A DNA stretch of 64,000 nt from contig CT868004.1 of NCBI GenBank assembly GCA_000165425.1, forward strand, positions 1-64,000, written 5' to 3'. Below the pieces are notes generated by a model. That model was not told the DNA's origin. It saw only the letters and a list, made by a program, of their open reading frames with translations, and searched no databases. A program made the position numbers and the translations under genes. Shown in pieces: positions 26,709-40,934 of this stretch (position 1 is the first letter of the stretch; every line of letters starts with the position of its first letter). The DNA comes from Paramecium tetraurelia. Lineage: Eukaryota.

Positions 26709-29550
26709 ATGGATTTACGCTCAACAGTTTATCTTCCATCGAAGTAAATAAGTGAAGGAGAAATATAAGTTAAGGGAAAAACCTTAGGGAGATGGAAAAC
26801 AAAGAAGTTTATTATTGATGAAGATCAAAGAATCTTTGCATTAAAAAGCTCGTAAGCAAAAAAGAAGTTAAAGCCTTTCTACTTATAATATTACAAAGTA
26901 AGGAGGTTTACAATTTATTTAGTTAGAGGTACGAGAGAAAAAAAAAGATAAGATTTCATTTGATTTGATTTCTAAGGCAGGAGGCAAAAGTGTGACATTG
27001 GGAATCCAAAATGAATAATAAGCTAATTTGATAATCAATTTGTTGTAAAAATTGATATCGAAGGAAGATTCTATTTAGAAATAAGCATAAGAAGAATAAT
27101 TATTAAAGTCATAAATTGAATAACCCGTGGAAAATACTTAAAGTATGAATGATTTCATATTAAGATTTGGCTTATGAGAAAATAGATTATGAAATACCTT
27201 CTTTTTTCGATACAAGTGAAATTAGAGAAAAGTATAATTTGTATAGTAATTGATAAGTATTTCCTAAATAAGGAGGGGACAATAACGATTAGAGAAGTTT
27301 TAAGTGGTTTAGAAGGAGCAAGCATTCACAATTTACAAAAATGTTGATAACCATCATCAATTTGTAACTTTTATAGAATTCATGGGGGATTGTATAATGA
27401 AAATTTATAATTAGGCTGTGATTTGATAGTTCAGAATTTATCAGATAACAACAAAATAAATTAATGGAATCCATACGTGTCTCAAGCCGAGTCTATGGTA
27501 GTGAAAGAATTAGCTGAAGACAAATCCTTTTAAATATGTGAGATTCGTTAATTGACAAATCTCTTTGTATTTAAGCGAGAATTTCAATATTTAAGACATC
27601 ATCTGAAAATAGACAATATTGATTTTATTGTTTAAAAGCAGATTGATTAAAGACCAAAAACTAAATGTTATCAAGGAAGTTTGAAATACGGTTTATGGAG
27701 TATTCAATACAAGTAATTGAATTATCTCTATTTTCAGAAATAATGTGACTAAAGTGTGTTATGTGACAGAGCAATCAGTATAGGGTTTATCCTATCCAGA
27801 TGAAGATTCTTATCTCATTTAGGTGTTTTTACAATAAATTTAAAATATAAACAAGTAGTACATTTAAAAGACAATTAAATAAGACCCACCTCAAAATTCA
27901 GTTGAGATTCCTCAAATCAATAAAGCCATTATATAGGAGTAGCAATTGTAAGGAGGAGAACCTTAAATATAAAAATAGCAACCTGATCAACAATAATTAC
28001 CTTCCCAAATTAAAGTTGTTTAACAAAGTGAAAAATAGAATTAAGAAGAGGATGATTAATTTTTTGATTGTGAAGAAGAAGATGCAATAGATGAGATGAA
28101 TGACAAGTTATTTATTGTTGAAACCGTGGATAATAAATAATTGATTCAAGATGAAGTTGTAAAAGATGTTTACGAATAAAATGCAAGAAGACAATCTATA
28201 TTGCCAGTCTAAATTGATACTTAAGATAATAATGAATAAGAATGGGTAGATAAGAAAATGAAATTAGTATTATCAGGAGGTTATTGCTCACTCTCAATAA
28301 ATGTGAAACATCAATTGTTGCCTAAAGAAAAAGGGTAGAATAGATAGTTTTTGACTTAATAAGAAGGAGGACACTATATATTTAGGAAAGATTTCATTAG
28401 AGAAGATAAGAACGGGGGTTTGAAAGTCATCAATGAAGAGAAATTAGCTGCTTAAAAGGCAGTAATTAAATTTCTCATTACCAGAATTGGAGCATCATTG
28501 TTGATGGGAAAATCTATTACTGGTATATCAATGCCAGTCTCAATTTTCGAAGCTCGTTCTAATACTGAAAGAGTTTGTAGTAGTTTGGGATTTGCGCCAA
28601 TATATTTAGAGGATGCTGCTCAGTCCTAAGATATTTATTACAGAATCAAATAATGTGCAGCATTTCAATTTGGATTCATATTTATGTATATATCTTGTGA
28701 GAAAGTAACTATTATTTCTTAATCTTAGCCTTTTAATCCAATCTTGGGTGAAACTTTCCAAGGGTTTTATGACAATTGTCCAATCTATTGTGAATAGATC
28801 AGCCATCATCCTCCAATATGCGCTATTCAAATGTATGGCAGATCATATAAGTAAGTTTATGTTTAAGATATCTAGAATTGATGGACAATTGGAATTGGTG
28901 GCTAATTTTCATTCTAATTCTGTTGTTGGTAGAAATGTTGGAACCTTTAAGATTACTTTTGAAAATCCACATTAAGAGATTTTATTGACATTCGCTCCAG
29001 GTAGTCTGAATGGGACAACATATGGTGATAAAGTCCTTAATTATCTTGAAAAATAATTCATAATAGATTTGAAAAATAAAATTATATTGGAAACTACATT
29101 CAATCCTGATAAAAAATATTGCCAATATTTTGAAGTTGAATATGTGAATCAACTGGATTATTTATGTGGAGCTATTTGTGATGTGAATGATTCAGCTATT
29201 TTGAGATATTAAAAGGAAGGTTTTAGAAAATACAAAGGATTGGATTTAAAAAATGATATTAAATAGGTCAAACACAAGATTAAGGGTATTTGGATTAATG
29301 AATTGAAAGTATGGAATTAGTAATCTATCTTTAGGTTGATAATCAAAAATTAATATCTATTCAAAATGATTATCCAGTTAAAATTTAATTGGCTTAATTC
29401 CCAATACCATCAGACGCTACTTTCAGAATGGATCTTTTATGGTGGAAGTTGAGAAACTTCGATTAATCCTAGTAATGGAAGGAGAAATTGGAGATTCTTT
29501 AACGATAAGACAGAAAATTGAGAGAATAGAAGTCAAAAAAGAAAAAATGA
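26709..29550 (+). CDS. Oxysterol-binding protein-related lipid-transfer protein with PH, START-like and ORD domains
   Basis: PH-like N-terminus (GEIQVKGKTLGRWKTKKFII), START-like middle (QWNPYV...KREFQYLR...TKVCYV) and an ORD with ISMPVSIFEARS, KPFNPILGETF and the EQISHHPP signature (28792-28815). Several tiny introns; TGA 29548-29550. Confidence 0.9.
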
Positions 29551-29700
29551 TACCTTATAATGTCTATTTTGATAATTTATTTAGAGATATTAAGTTTATA
29601 TATCGAAATCTAATTGGATTATCTTTATTAACCTTCTTCACATTCAATATTAGAATAAAATAGTTATACATTTACATATTATTTAAGAATAATTATGATA

Positions 29701-32700
29701 TCAAATTAAGCTATTCTTTCTATTTGATAACTTATTAACTAGTGTTAGGATCTTCTAATAGATGGTGTTATCACTAGTTAATAGTAATTTGCATATTTAG
29801 AATGCCTAATAATTTGAATGGATTTTTACTTTAATGAACAAATCTAATCCTGTATAATCAGGGTTGAATTTATGAGTTTACTTTTCAATGAGATGGACAG
29901 CATCTTTATATACATTTTCAACAACATGAACATATGGTTTTGAATTTGCATCTATCGTTTTCTAAAATGCTAGTTTATCTCCTTCTATTTATAAATATCT
30001 AATCAAATCTTATTCATCTTTGCGATATGATTATGTCAATCTATCTCTGATTACGCGTTCTTGTGCCAACTGCTTCAGAATGTTAATTTCCAAAAATAGG
30101 AAAAACCCATGAGAACAATACTAATCAAAGTGGTACAAGAATTTCTCATTTTCTGTTATTATTGCAAGAAGAACCTCAAACTTTTCAGAAGGGTCTATTC
30201 AAATATAAAATATCTATTACTGAGTCTTGCAAGACCAATTAATGCCTCTATATACATTTTTATTATCGAAAAAACATGTAATCTCAAATATCCCAACTGG
30301 TAGAAATATCTGCAATAATCTGGATTTGAAATAGATGTATAACAGTACTCCAAAGTATTTTTGACCTTTTCTAAATATTATTAAGTGGAAACAATCTTAT
30401 TTTATACCTGGAAGTTATTAAAATATTTACAAAGAAAATGTTTGCAAAGGTTGAATATAAGCTACCTAAGTATGGATTTGATTCATATTTGAATTCTATG
30501 CAATATTTCTAATAAATTGCAAGAGATTCATTCGCTGCTTATAAAGACCATCTGCAAACTACATCATATGAAATTCCATCTCTTATTGTTTTTAAAGTCT
30601 TTATCTTACTCTTTAAAAATTGTTTAGTCTCTTGAAATTTCTATCATTAACATTATGAAACTCAATACCTTCTCCATTTATTGTGTGCATTTGTTTTTCA
30701 CTCTAGACTCCAAGTATACTCTGGTTTTTGCTGTAATCTCTTGTTTGAGGAACTTGATCTTCTTATCTGAATCTTATTACAATGCAACCTCTAAATCCTT
30801 CACTCTTTTGTTGATCAGAAACTCTGAATACATTGTTGCTATCAATCTTTATAAATGGCCATTGAAAATATGTTACAAACCATACTATTGCTGAACATAT
30901 TTCTAAGCATAGAATATTGGATCCACAGACTATATTAATATTTTAGGTTGCTAGATCAAAGACTCTATATAGGCGAAATAAGCCTCCGTTGTTAGCTTGG
31001 CTATTTCGAAATAAGGCCTCAATGCTGTTTTCGTTAATGTTTCCTCATAAGAGAACTTGGTTTCTGCAAATTACTGCAATTCATCGGACTCCTCAAATGA
31101 AATAATTTATTCAACTTAAATAGGATGATAAATCTATCAGAATTATAAATATGAATACTCTTTGCTTTTGAACTCTCGTATCATCAAACTCACTGTAAAT
31201 CCAATGAGTTTATAATTAGATATTAGTTTACTTTATTCTTTTTTAAAGCAATTTTAGCAATTTAATTGCTTTACTAGATGCAGAAGTGTAATCTGCTGTT
31301 GTGATCTCAAATAACATTAAAACATCAGTGATTAATGCTGAAATCTCATCTATATTTGATTCACCAAAGGTTTAAACGCTAAAAATAATCAATTTATTTA
31401 CAAATTTAAGTTTTATTTTGATAATTTGAAATCTCCTTTCATTATTATACACAATGCTTGCAATCCTTCTACATAAGAATAAAGCAATCGCATAAATAAA
31501 ACTTATTTCAACACTAAGAAATTTCTAACATTTAAAGCAATTTGTTTTATAGGCTCAATGTTGTGCAATAAATTGTGTTCATAATTTTCAAAATTTAAAT
31601 TATGAATGTTTAACGCTTTGAATAATTGATTAACCGATATTTCCGTAGCATTTGATTTCAAGAAAATCTTTTCGCTTTGCCAATTCAAAGCCATTCTACA
31701 AATTTCATAATAAATCAAATCAAATAACTTTCTTTTAATATTATAGGCCATAGAATCAGCATCTCTAAATTATCCCACATGCAATTGATAAACAATCAAC
31801 TTCACTCCCAATTGACACAAGGCGATTTAATTATCAAATCCTTGATCCTTATCATCAATATGTATGAATCCTGTTTAAATTTTATCCATGTCTTATTGTT
31901 CTAATTATTGGGCCAACAAATATCGATTGATATCAGAATTTGTATTCAATCTTGGTTGCTTGCCTTTCTTTTTCTTTTATTTCTTTTCTTTACTTTCCAC
32001 CAATACATTATACGCCGTCTGTATTTTCTCAAATAAATCTTAAATTTTGATGTTATCTTTTTTATCCTATTTTTCGACTAATTGCCGTAATTCTTCAGAT
32101 AGAACATATGTTCTCAATCTACTAATTTCCATTGCTAATTTTAATGTGTATTTCTCCTTTTTCAACATCTTGGCTTTGTTTTAATACAATGTAAACAAAA
32201 ACTTAATAAGTTCGTTATTTAATTCTAATTGCTAACATTTTAAGTAGAAATCCATCAATTTAATCAACAAAAATCGTATGTAAAATACCTTATGATTCTT
32301 TATAAATTACATTTCATCTAATAGCATCATCTATTTATATGATTATTAATTATTAGAGAAAAAATGATTATTAACATGGACATCAAGTATAGAAAAAAAG
32401 ATTTGTTATAAAGAGGCTGTTTATTGATCTGATATCTCTTCTTCTTTTAATTGAATTTATTACAAAAGTTCAACTATTTTAATATGATCAAAGGCCTCTT
32501 AATAATCATAGGTCAATTATAATACTCTTGTATAGAGAACCTTATTTTCAATAATTACAAAAATGTTTTAGTTTTATAATTTTTCTTGAATAATTAAAAT
32601 GTATTTTTTAATGGCCATTTACAAATCGGTAAAATGATGATGATTTTCAGATTCCACATTCTGTTTACTTAAGATGAAAGTATAACCATACAATAACTCT

Positions 32701-35700
32701 AATTTTAATTAACTAATTTTCTCATCCTAGAACCAAGTTATTTCAATAGTCTCCTACTCTTCATTATCTATTAGATATTTTTCAGTAAATTTGTACAGCT
32801 TAAGTAAACAGGAAATTAGAGATTGACTAAATACAGAGTTTGGAACATCATAATTGTAATCCAACTGATCTTCATTTTATCGGAAGTAATAAGGATATTG
32901 ATGTTATTGATTCTCAATTAGCACATGAACCAACTTGATTTAAATTATGTGACTCAATAGATTGTCATTTCCATACAGATTATGAGACTAGATCAATTGC
33001 ATAAATCCCTAATAGATTCCGTTACTCATTGCTAAAACATTATAATAAAGCAATTAAGAACAATAAAATATAGTCTAAGTTATGGCAACTTTTAGATGGT
33101 TGAAGTAAATTGTAGACTCTTTTTAGAAGCTTTCATAGATCATAAACTGCTCTTCCATCAATTAAATTATAAATCTATACACATTTTACATGTTTTCTTG
33201 CTGATCAGTTTCAGAGTAGTGTTCCCCGATCCAGCCAATCATAGGAATGAAATTTAATTGCTCCAATGCACAATTAGATTACATAATTTGCCTTACCAAT
33301 TAATAAGCGATGATTTCTGTCTGTGAAAACTCCTTATTTCTATTATAAATTAAGAGTAAAATAAACTTAACTTGATTTTCATAATAATTCAAATAAGCCA
33401 AAGATGACTTCATTAGATCTTCATTTAATTATTTATGTTTTGAACACTTCACTATTGATTTGATTACGCTCTGCTTTTCAGTGATTTTTTCATTCGAAAT
33501 AAATTGTTGCATCAATTAGATATCAATCAATAGCTCATTTGCTGTATTAAGAGCATTATTGTCAAAACTATCAAACTGCAATTATAATTAAATAAATTAA
33601 ATGTATAATCTATTCAATAGTTTAATATAGATTGAATTAGTTAACAGAAAGTAATTGCCATCCTTTTCTAAATATTTAAGGTCGTATTTGATTTCATTCC
33701 ATTGATCTGCTACTAATTTTGTGGTTGATTCAATATCAATTTAATACACACTGTGAAGATTGCATATCAAAGAAGATAAAATTTGCATTTGAAAAATATA
33801 GACTCTGATATGATGAGAAAATGATTTCATAAATTTTGATGACTTATAATCTTCCTTTTGTAATTGTAAAAGATTGAGAATATGATTTTAATCATTTTTA
33901 AACTTTTCCTAAATCACAGGGTTTTTTTCAGATTAGCTGAGCTGAACAACTTCATTTATTATTTCTTCAAAATCATTTAAGAGGTTGGTTAATAATGTAC
34001 ACTATTTCATACCAAAATCCAATCGATTCATATAAACAAAAAACATAATTTTGTATTGAAAATAGAAGATAAAATACTTGAATTCATCTAAATTATTCTA
34101 AATTAATTTCACAATGTTGGATTTAAAATAAACTTGAAAATGACTATAAAAGTCAGACATTTCTTCTTAAGATTATTCAATAGAAGTAAGGAAGTACTTT
34201 TGAATGAGAATTTCCTCAAAATCCTATGACATTTCATCAAATTTTTCGAGTTGTCCCAAAATCAGATATTATTCAAATGAAAAAATAGCCTACTTTAAAA
34301 ATGACTTGATGCATATAAAAACTTGAGTTGTAGATTGTCCTCCATTTAATTCATCTAATATATTTTCATAGAAAGTTGGGCAAAATCGTTTTTATTTCAA
34401 TAGTTCTAATTCCTCATCGAAGTTTTAGTTACTTAGGCCATTCTCATGAAATAAACTTCTACCTTAAAATTTAGCTGCCATTACTGAAGGGTACAATCTT
34501 AATTTATAATCTGGATGCAACAGCTACATTATTAATTAACTCGAATTGGGATAATCATGTATCAATTGATTCTTGTTATTCATCATCCATTTTCTGACTG
34601 TAAAGCCAACATCTCCATCATATTCTTATAGTGACTTTTCCGCATCCAACTTCATTTATCCAAGTGTGACCATCTAAAGACTTACCATTCCTAATGAGTA
34701 GATGTCACATTTCTATGGATTTATTGGTAATTAATTATTTGGTTTGAGATAGTTAGTCAACAATTCTGGACTCATATACCATAATTCATCATTTTATTAT
34801 ATAGATCTAATGAAATAGGTTCTTTCAGTATTGAGATCATACCAAAAGAACATTCCAAAATCGAGGACTACATATTATAAGGATTTTGACTTATCAGTTC
34901 TCTCAATTAGAATGAAACTATCCAAATTTAGCTAACCATGAAACATACCCATATTGGTTTCTAAAAAATCCAATAATTTAATTGTTGAAGTGATAAAGTT
35001 CGAAATTTCATTGTCTGTATATTTTGTTTTCCTTTCCTTTATGACATCCTTGAGAGTTTTCCCATTACAAAACTTAAAATTTTTAGGAGGATTATAGGCT
35101 CTGCATAAATAACCTTTAACTAATGGATCCCGTACATTAAAGAATTGGGGTTGTTTTTAAATTTTCATATAGCTAAGTTTGGCAATTCCTATAGGTAAAT
35201 TCAAGCTTGAATAATCAGGTCCCTCTACAATATCATAAAATCGATAGACCCTATTTATGAAATCCTTAAAAATGTTCCTATTATATGCTATATCAGTTGT
35301 GTAATAGAGCATGATATCATCTCTTTAAGGAACGTCGACATAAGACATTAGCCACCTTTTAATCTGAGGTTATAGACCAAATATATTTGTATGAATATTG
35401 GAAGAAAATTAATCCTTCTTTTTATCTATCCTATAGAGTAGATTGATTTTGGGTTGAGTTTACCTTATCTATTCTTCAACAAACAACTCCCAAATCTACA
35501 TCTAATTGAGTTTTAGGAATGGAGCTTGAACCCTAAATGGAATATATGAGAAGTTCATAATCCTATTTTGCTTTCTCAATTCATTTGTGATATAATTATC
35601 TAATTAATATTCAACTTAACTAACTCCTTTGGATGACAACATATAAATGTAATGTTCTTTATGTCTTATTTACATGGAGTCTAGAAGCGAGATTAAGGAT

Positions 35701-38700
35701 GTGGATGAAAATTTCTTAAGTTAGGTTTGTGATAGATTGCAAGTCAAATTAAAAAATTATTCATCTATAGGTTTGAATTTGGTATCCTTTTTGGTTTTAT
35801 TTGAATCTTCTGCATGCTCTTTTTACTAATCCTAGATATTCTCTTCCATAGCCTTATTCTCATTCTCACAAACTTTCTTGTACTTTTCCAAAATTCGATA
35901 ATAACTTTCAGCAACTTTCACACCTGATACCTTGCTCGTACTTTTCCTAAATTGCCCAAACCACACTCCACCTGATCTTAAAAATACTGTACTACGACCA
36001 TCAATCCATACATGTTTTTTCACAAACTCTTTTTTCTTCTTTAAAATTTCCATCTTTTCAACAACATTTTATTAAATATCTTAATGCTTATTAAGAAAAT
36101 CTAATTATTTCTCATACTTCTTATTTTGTTATTATTTCAGGGATTTCTTGAGTCTTTTATCTCCTTCTTAGAATATCAGGTACCTTCTCCAATCCAAATT
36201 CCTAATTAGAACCAAGGATCTAGGTAAAAAGAACTTTCTATATGTATATCTATCAAGTGTCCATTGTTTCTAATGAGGGTTGAGCTAATCTTTCATTTTC
36301 AGATAGCTCAGTGTCTTCTAAAAGAAGATTTTTTACAGCAATTATTATTCTTTATCCTAAGTATCTTTCATCTTAAATTTCATCGCCCAATTTGATATTC
36401 TGGCATTGAAGTAATATTACAATTCCTCTATGGATGACTCCTTATTACTTGCATCTTGCAGTAACTTTAAATTTTAATTTTCTTCTTATTCTTCATTTTC
36501 TTCCACATCTTCATTTTCTTACTAATTTTTTGATTTAGCCTTCTTCTCAACCTTAGGCTTTACCTTTTTCTTTTCATGTTTAACACCCTTTACTTCTTCC
36601 ATTCTTTTCACATAATCTTCAACATCTGAATCTGAACTCAATTCCACTATTTCCTTTATTTTTACATCCTTCACCTTTGTTCCATAAACTTTTAGAATCG
36701 GATACCGTTTTAAGCTTCTCGGATTTATGGCTTTGTTTGACGATCGTTCTGCCGATCCTCTGAATTTCTCAACTGTATTCTTAATTAAGTATGCTTGTCT
36801 TTGCAATAAATCCTAAATTTAAAATGGTAATTCGCTAAATAATGTCATTTCCACGAATCTCAAAAAGAAGTTAGCCAAAAGGCAAATCAAAAAGAACCCT
36901 GACATTTAAATCAAGGCATCAGCAGAAGTAATATCATCTCTCTTAGCAGTTATCTAACCACTATTTACAACTAATGACAAATAAGCTAATCCATCTAAGA
37001 CTCTATTCCAGACTCCAATAGTACTCTCACTAATTGGAATAGGCCTCTGCATTTCATTTAGCAATTTTAACTTATCACATTACAATTCTAACAAACTTCT
37101 GAGGAAGGCTATTAAATAACTAAGCGGGAATGTTGTTCCAAATAAAACAAGCATTGAGTGTTGAATAGCTATTTCCATAAAATCATCTACTGTTCCATAT
37201 CTCTCAGGACTGATCACATAGGATTCTTTGTCGAAAAACTCTAAAAGATTTATTTACACATCAAATTACATTCTTCAATGAAATCATTTATTAAATGAAA
37301 TGGATCTTCCTATTTCTTTGCCTACTCACTATCTTAATCATCCAGAATTTAATCTTAAATCTAAAGATTTATTTAATTATCTTGAAAGAATTAGAGCTTC
37401 TTCTCAGGAGGTTGGGAGATTGATTCAACTTGTGGACTTTTCTCGCTTGATTTAAATTGGTTTGATGGATTTGATGAGTGTGAAAACTGTTTTTTCATTT
37501 AATTTGATTTCAAAGGATCTATACTTGGTTTTAGAGAAATTTTATTTGATCCAGAGGCCTTATTTGTATGGGTGTTTTGTGATTTTGATTGATGCGAATT
37601 TACATTGAGATTTAGATGAGTATATTTTGTATCACTCCTTTTTGGATTTTTTATTTTAAGATACAAATCTTTGAGAAAATTAAATACAAATATCCTGGTT
37701 TTCAAAAAAACATTGATCAAGAACTGGAGTATAAACATAGTTGCAAAATGATAACATGAATGTTTCAAGCAATCACTATGAGCACAATGTAAGCCAAATT
37801 TCTAAAATTAGCAATATAAATAATTTTTACAGTATGAAGGAATTGTATCTCTAGAATGGGAACACATAAAGCAAAAAAGCACAAAAAGAACTTCTTGTAT
37901 ATGAAATTGGCCTCGTACATTTTTATTGTTTTGTGATTCTCATAATCTGTTAAGGCAATTGCTAATCTATCAAATACTGTGTCCAGCAAAAGCACAAGTA
38001 TCAAATTTATCAAAGCTGGCACAGTGACTTCAAATAGAGCAGTCGAATATCCAGGTTCTGTAAAGGTATCTACGTCTTACAATGCATCAGATATTATAAA
38101 AATAGAAACTATTATTCCAACGTATAATATAACCATTAGAAATAAAAAGGCAAAAGACACGATTTTTTTCATAACTCTTTATAAATCTGAAAAGAATAGA
38201 ACATTTAAATTATCAGTTTCAATTGAACGTGAATAGTAACCGTAAAATTATGATCTTTATTAAGTTGTATCTTCTCCAGATTAATTAAATTGACCAAATT
38301 ACATGGCAAACACCTTCTCCTTCGTTTACCACATATCGTGAATTAAATTACTCCACTAGATCTAAATAAACCCAAAAATTATATATAAATAAACATAAAG
38401 TGAACTTTTAGTATCACTAAAAATAAACTATATTATACTGATAGTTAATCCTAGAATACCAATTGGAAATAGCATTGATGCATTGTAACCAACAAAATGG
38501 AAATATATGGCTAACTTTTCACCGTAATATTCTCGAATTTATTTGGTAGGTACAAACCAAGGGTGATTCCATTGAAATCTCCATTGGAATGATAAATTTT
38601 CAAGTTTTCTTTCAGCAAATTAGTATTCTTGATTCTAATATTTGTTTTAACCGATAACACCTAGATAATTCCTTTCAGCCATTTCTTTATAGAAATACAG

Positions 38701-40934
38701 AAATAAGGATTTATTCTTTAAGATTTCAATATTGTAATCTGATTTGAAAATAGGCACAAAGAATTTTCGCTTACTCTTCCCTTATATTTCATAATTATCA
38801 TGTAAACAATACTTTGCCGAAACAAATTTATCTGAAATCAAGATTGTAAAATTAATCTTTTCATCCAGAGCTAAATTATTAATTTTTATTCTCTCCATAT
38901 TTGAAAATAATGAGATCTTACCCGTCTCTGTAACACAATACTATTTCCAAATAGCATTTAATTTACATTATTGACTCTTGGCCAACTTATCCGAAGTAAT
39001 CTTATAAGTAATAAATGGCTCAAAAGGAGCTATTTCAGCTAGATCCCAAATAGTCTTTAGTTGTTTAATACTTCCTAAATTTGTGATGTATAATGCATCT
39101 TAAAACAAATCTAAATATGACTTAGCTAATTGTTCTTTCTTCAAAACCTTTACATCTTTAGAAGAAATAAATTTATTTGAATTGATATTACAAATGCCCT
39201 TAATTTAATCATAATATTTCTATTATTTTCTATGTTCCTGTATGATTTGAAAAATACCATGAAAAACCTCGATGAGTTAGATATTCCTTCCATTTAAATC
39301 TATCTGCTGTTCAATTTCTGATTCCTTTTAAATTTATTCTAGAATTTGAATATCCTGGCTGTTGATCTAGTCTTAAAATTAGAGTTTGTCTGGGTTTTTT
39401 TCCATATATATCTCATAAGGCTTTTTGCTTTTGGTATTTTTATTGAAAAATTAAGCAAATTCATCTTGAATAACAGATTGACTTCTAAGATGAGTAATCT
39501 TCTCCTCTAAGTACATTAAATAAGCATAATAGGCTTTCCAAACTTCATCAGAAGGTGCATAATCGTCAATAACCTCTTCATCTCCTTAAGAAAAAATCTA
39601 TTGATTAATCATAGATTGATTGATCTCCCTTGAGACTTATTTAAAGTTAATTTTTTCCAGCAACTCCACAATTTTTGGTTTTAAATAAATAAACATTTTT
39701 GTTAATTCACCTTTATAATCATTATTGGATTTCCATAGTCTGTTGTTTAGTCTTAAAGGTCTTAGGTTGTCATCTACAGGTTCATAAGAGAAAATATCTT
39801 AGAATTAAAAGTTCAATTGTTTGGTGATCTCATATTTATTAGCCAAATTCTTTAGATTTGAATCTGCTTAGTACAAGACTAGAAAGATGGTTGAACCATC
39901 TTTGGAGATAAACTATCTCATTAAGAATCCCAACTTACTCATTTACAAGATCACAGCTAATCTTATAAGAGTACTTAAATCTTTGGTTTGATTTTCTGTA
40001 CGAACCCAACATTTGTCTTTTTCATTGTATTCTAGAAACTTACCACCACTTAATTTAATTCTAATAAATCTGTCCAACTTATAATTGTCTAAATTAAATG
40101 CTTCTTTGATGGCTGTTTGTCTTGTCTTTCTGTCTAAATTGTAGATCTTTAGTAATTTAAGTTCCAATTTCTCAATTTCATCACTAAACAACTTTTATAC
40201 TCCCCCAAATCTTTTTAAGTTCTGAAACCTTTCTCTCTTTACATTTTTCTTACCTTCATTTTTCTCTTCTGTATCCAAACGGTTAGATTACTCTTGGACA
40301 TTCTTCCTATGGCTTGACTCGTCACTTAGTATTTACTCTTATTCTTCTCTCATTCTATCCTCTTCTTCATATTGTTTTAACAAAAACTCATCATCAGATT
40401 GCAAATGATATAAGTTCTATTCAATAGCCTTAATTAAAATGAGGTTATCCATCACTTCAAACTCTGTAGCATACTTATTAGATGCAAAACAATTCAAACA
40501 TAATTAAATTGCTTCTAATTAAGTCATTGTTCCTAAGTCTTCACTTTTGGGACTATCAGGATTTGGAAAGCTAATATTGATTTAACTATTTACGCAATAA
40601 CTACATCTCCCATATGATAGTCATATTCTGTTAAATATTAGTACTTGTCTGAAAGCTAATTCAATCTTGTCTGAGTTAAATTGCCAAGAAACATTTTCAA
40701 GTCATCTTATTCCTTATCAGATAATTATTAACCACCAAGAAAGTGCAAATAAGAATTATAAGTCGCCATTAATTTCTCTGCATACAGAGTCTTTTTCTTT
40801 TGTGCCCTTACAGTCTTTACCTACCTCTATGATGAGAACAGATTATCTGATTCTGATGAATCGTCACTCGATTTTGATTGATTTCCTTCTTCCTCTATTT
40901 CCTCGAGTTTGTAATACTAGTCTTTGGCTGTCAT
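29701..40934 (-). CDS. Giant anoctamin/TMEM16 protein fused to a pseudokinase domain and a long helical/TPR-like C-terminus (~3,675 aa)
   Basis: ATG 40934; introns 40571-40593, 37802-37830, 37241-37269, 31379-31401, 31134-31158, 30641-30668, 30408-30430, 30195-30220; TGA 29701-29703; spliced length 11,028 nt, divisible by 3. Anoctamin motifs IREYYGEKLAIYF, LTDYENHKT, DDFMEIAIQ, LELQCDKLK and RPIP...IGVW. Kinase-like motifs HGQLNLDS, DFG, YMSPE and DIYSLG. Confidence 0.85.

Noticed and set aside
27370..27420. Apparent -1 frameshift (possible programmed frameshift) in the PH-START-ORD gene
   Set aside because: Fully resolved by a canonical 23-nt intron, GTATAATGAAAATTTATAATTAG (27392-27414).
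35431..35463. 33-nt GT..TAG segment (and a 24-nt one near 29807-29830) as introns of the giant gene
   Set aside because: Both are in-frame, stop-free multiples of three and read as plausible protein. Splicing cannot be decided without RNA data and would not change the model.
35556..35640. Separate kinase gene starting at ATG 35558 on the minus strand
   Set aside because: The frame upstream of this ATG stays open, with no TGA and no AT-rich spacer, all the way back into the anoctamin domain, so a single fused gene is the simpler reading.
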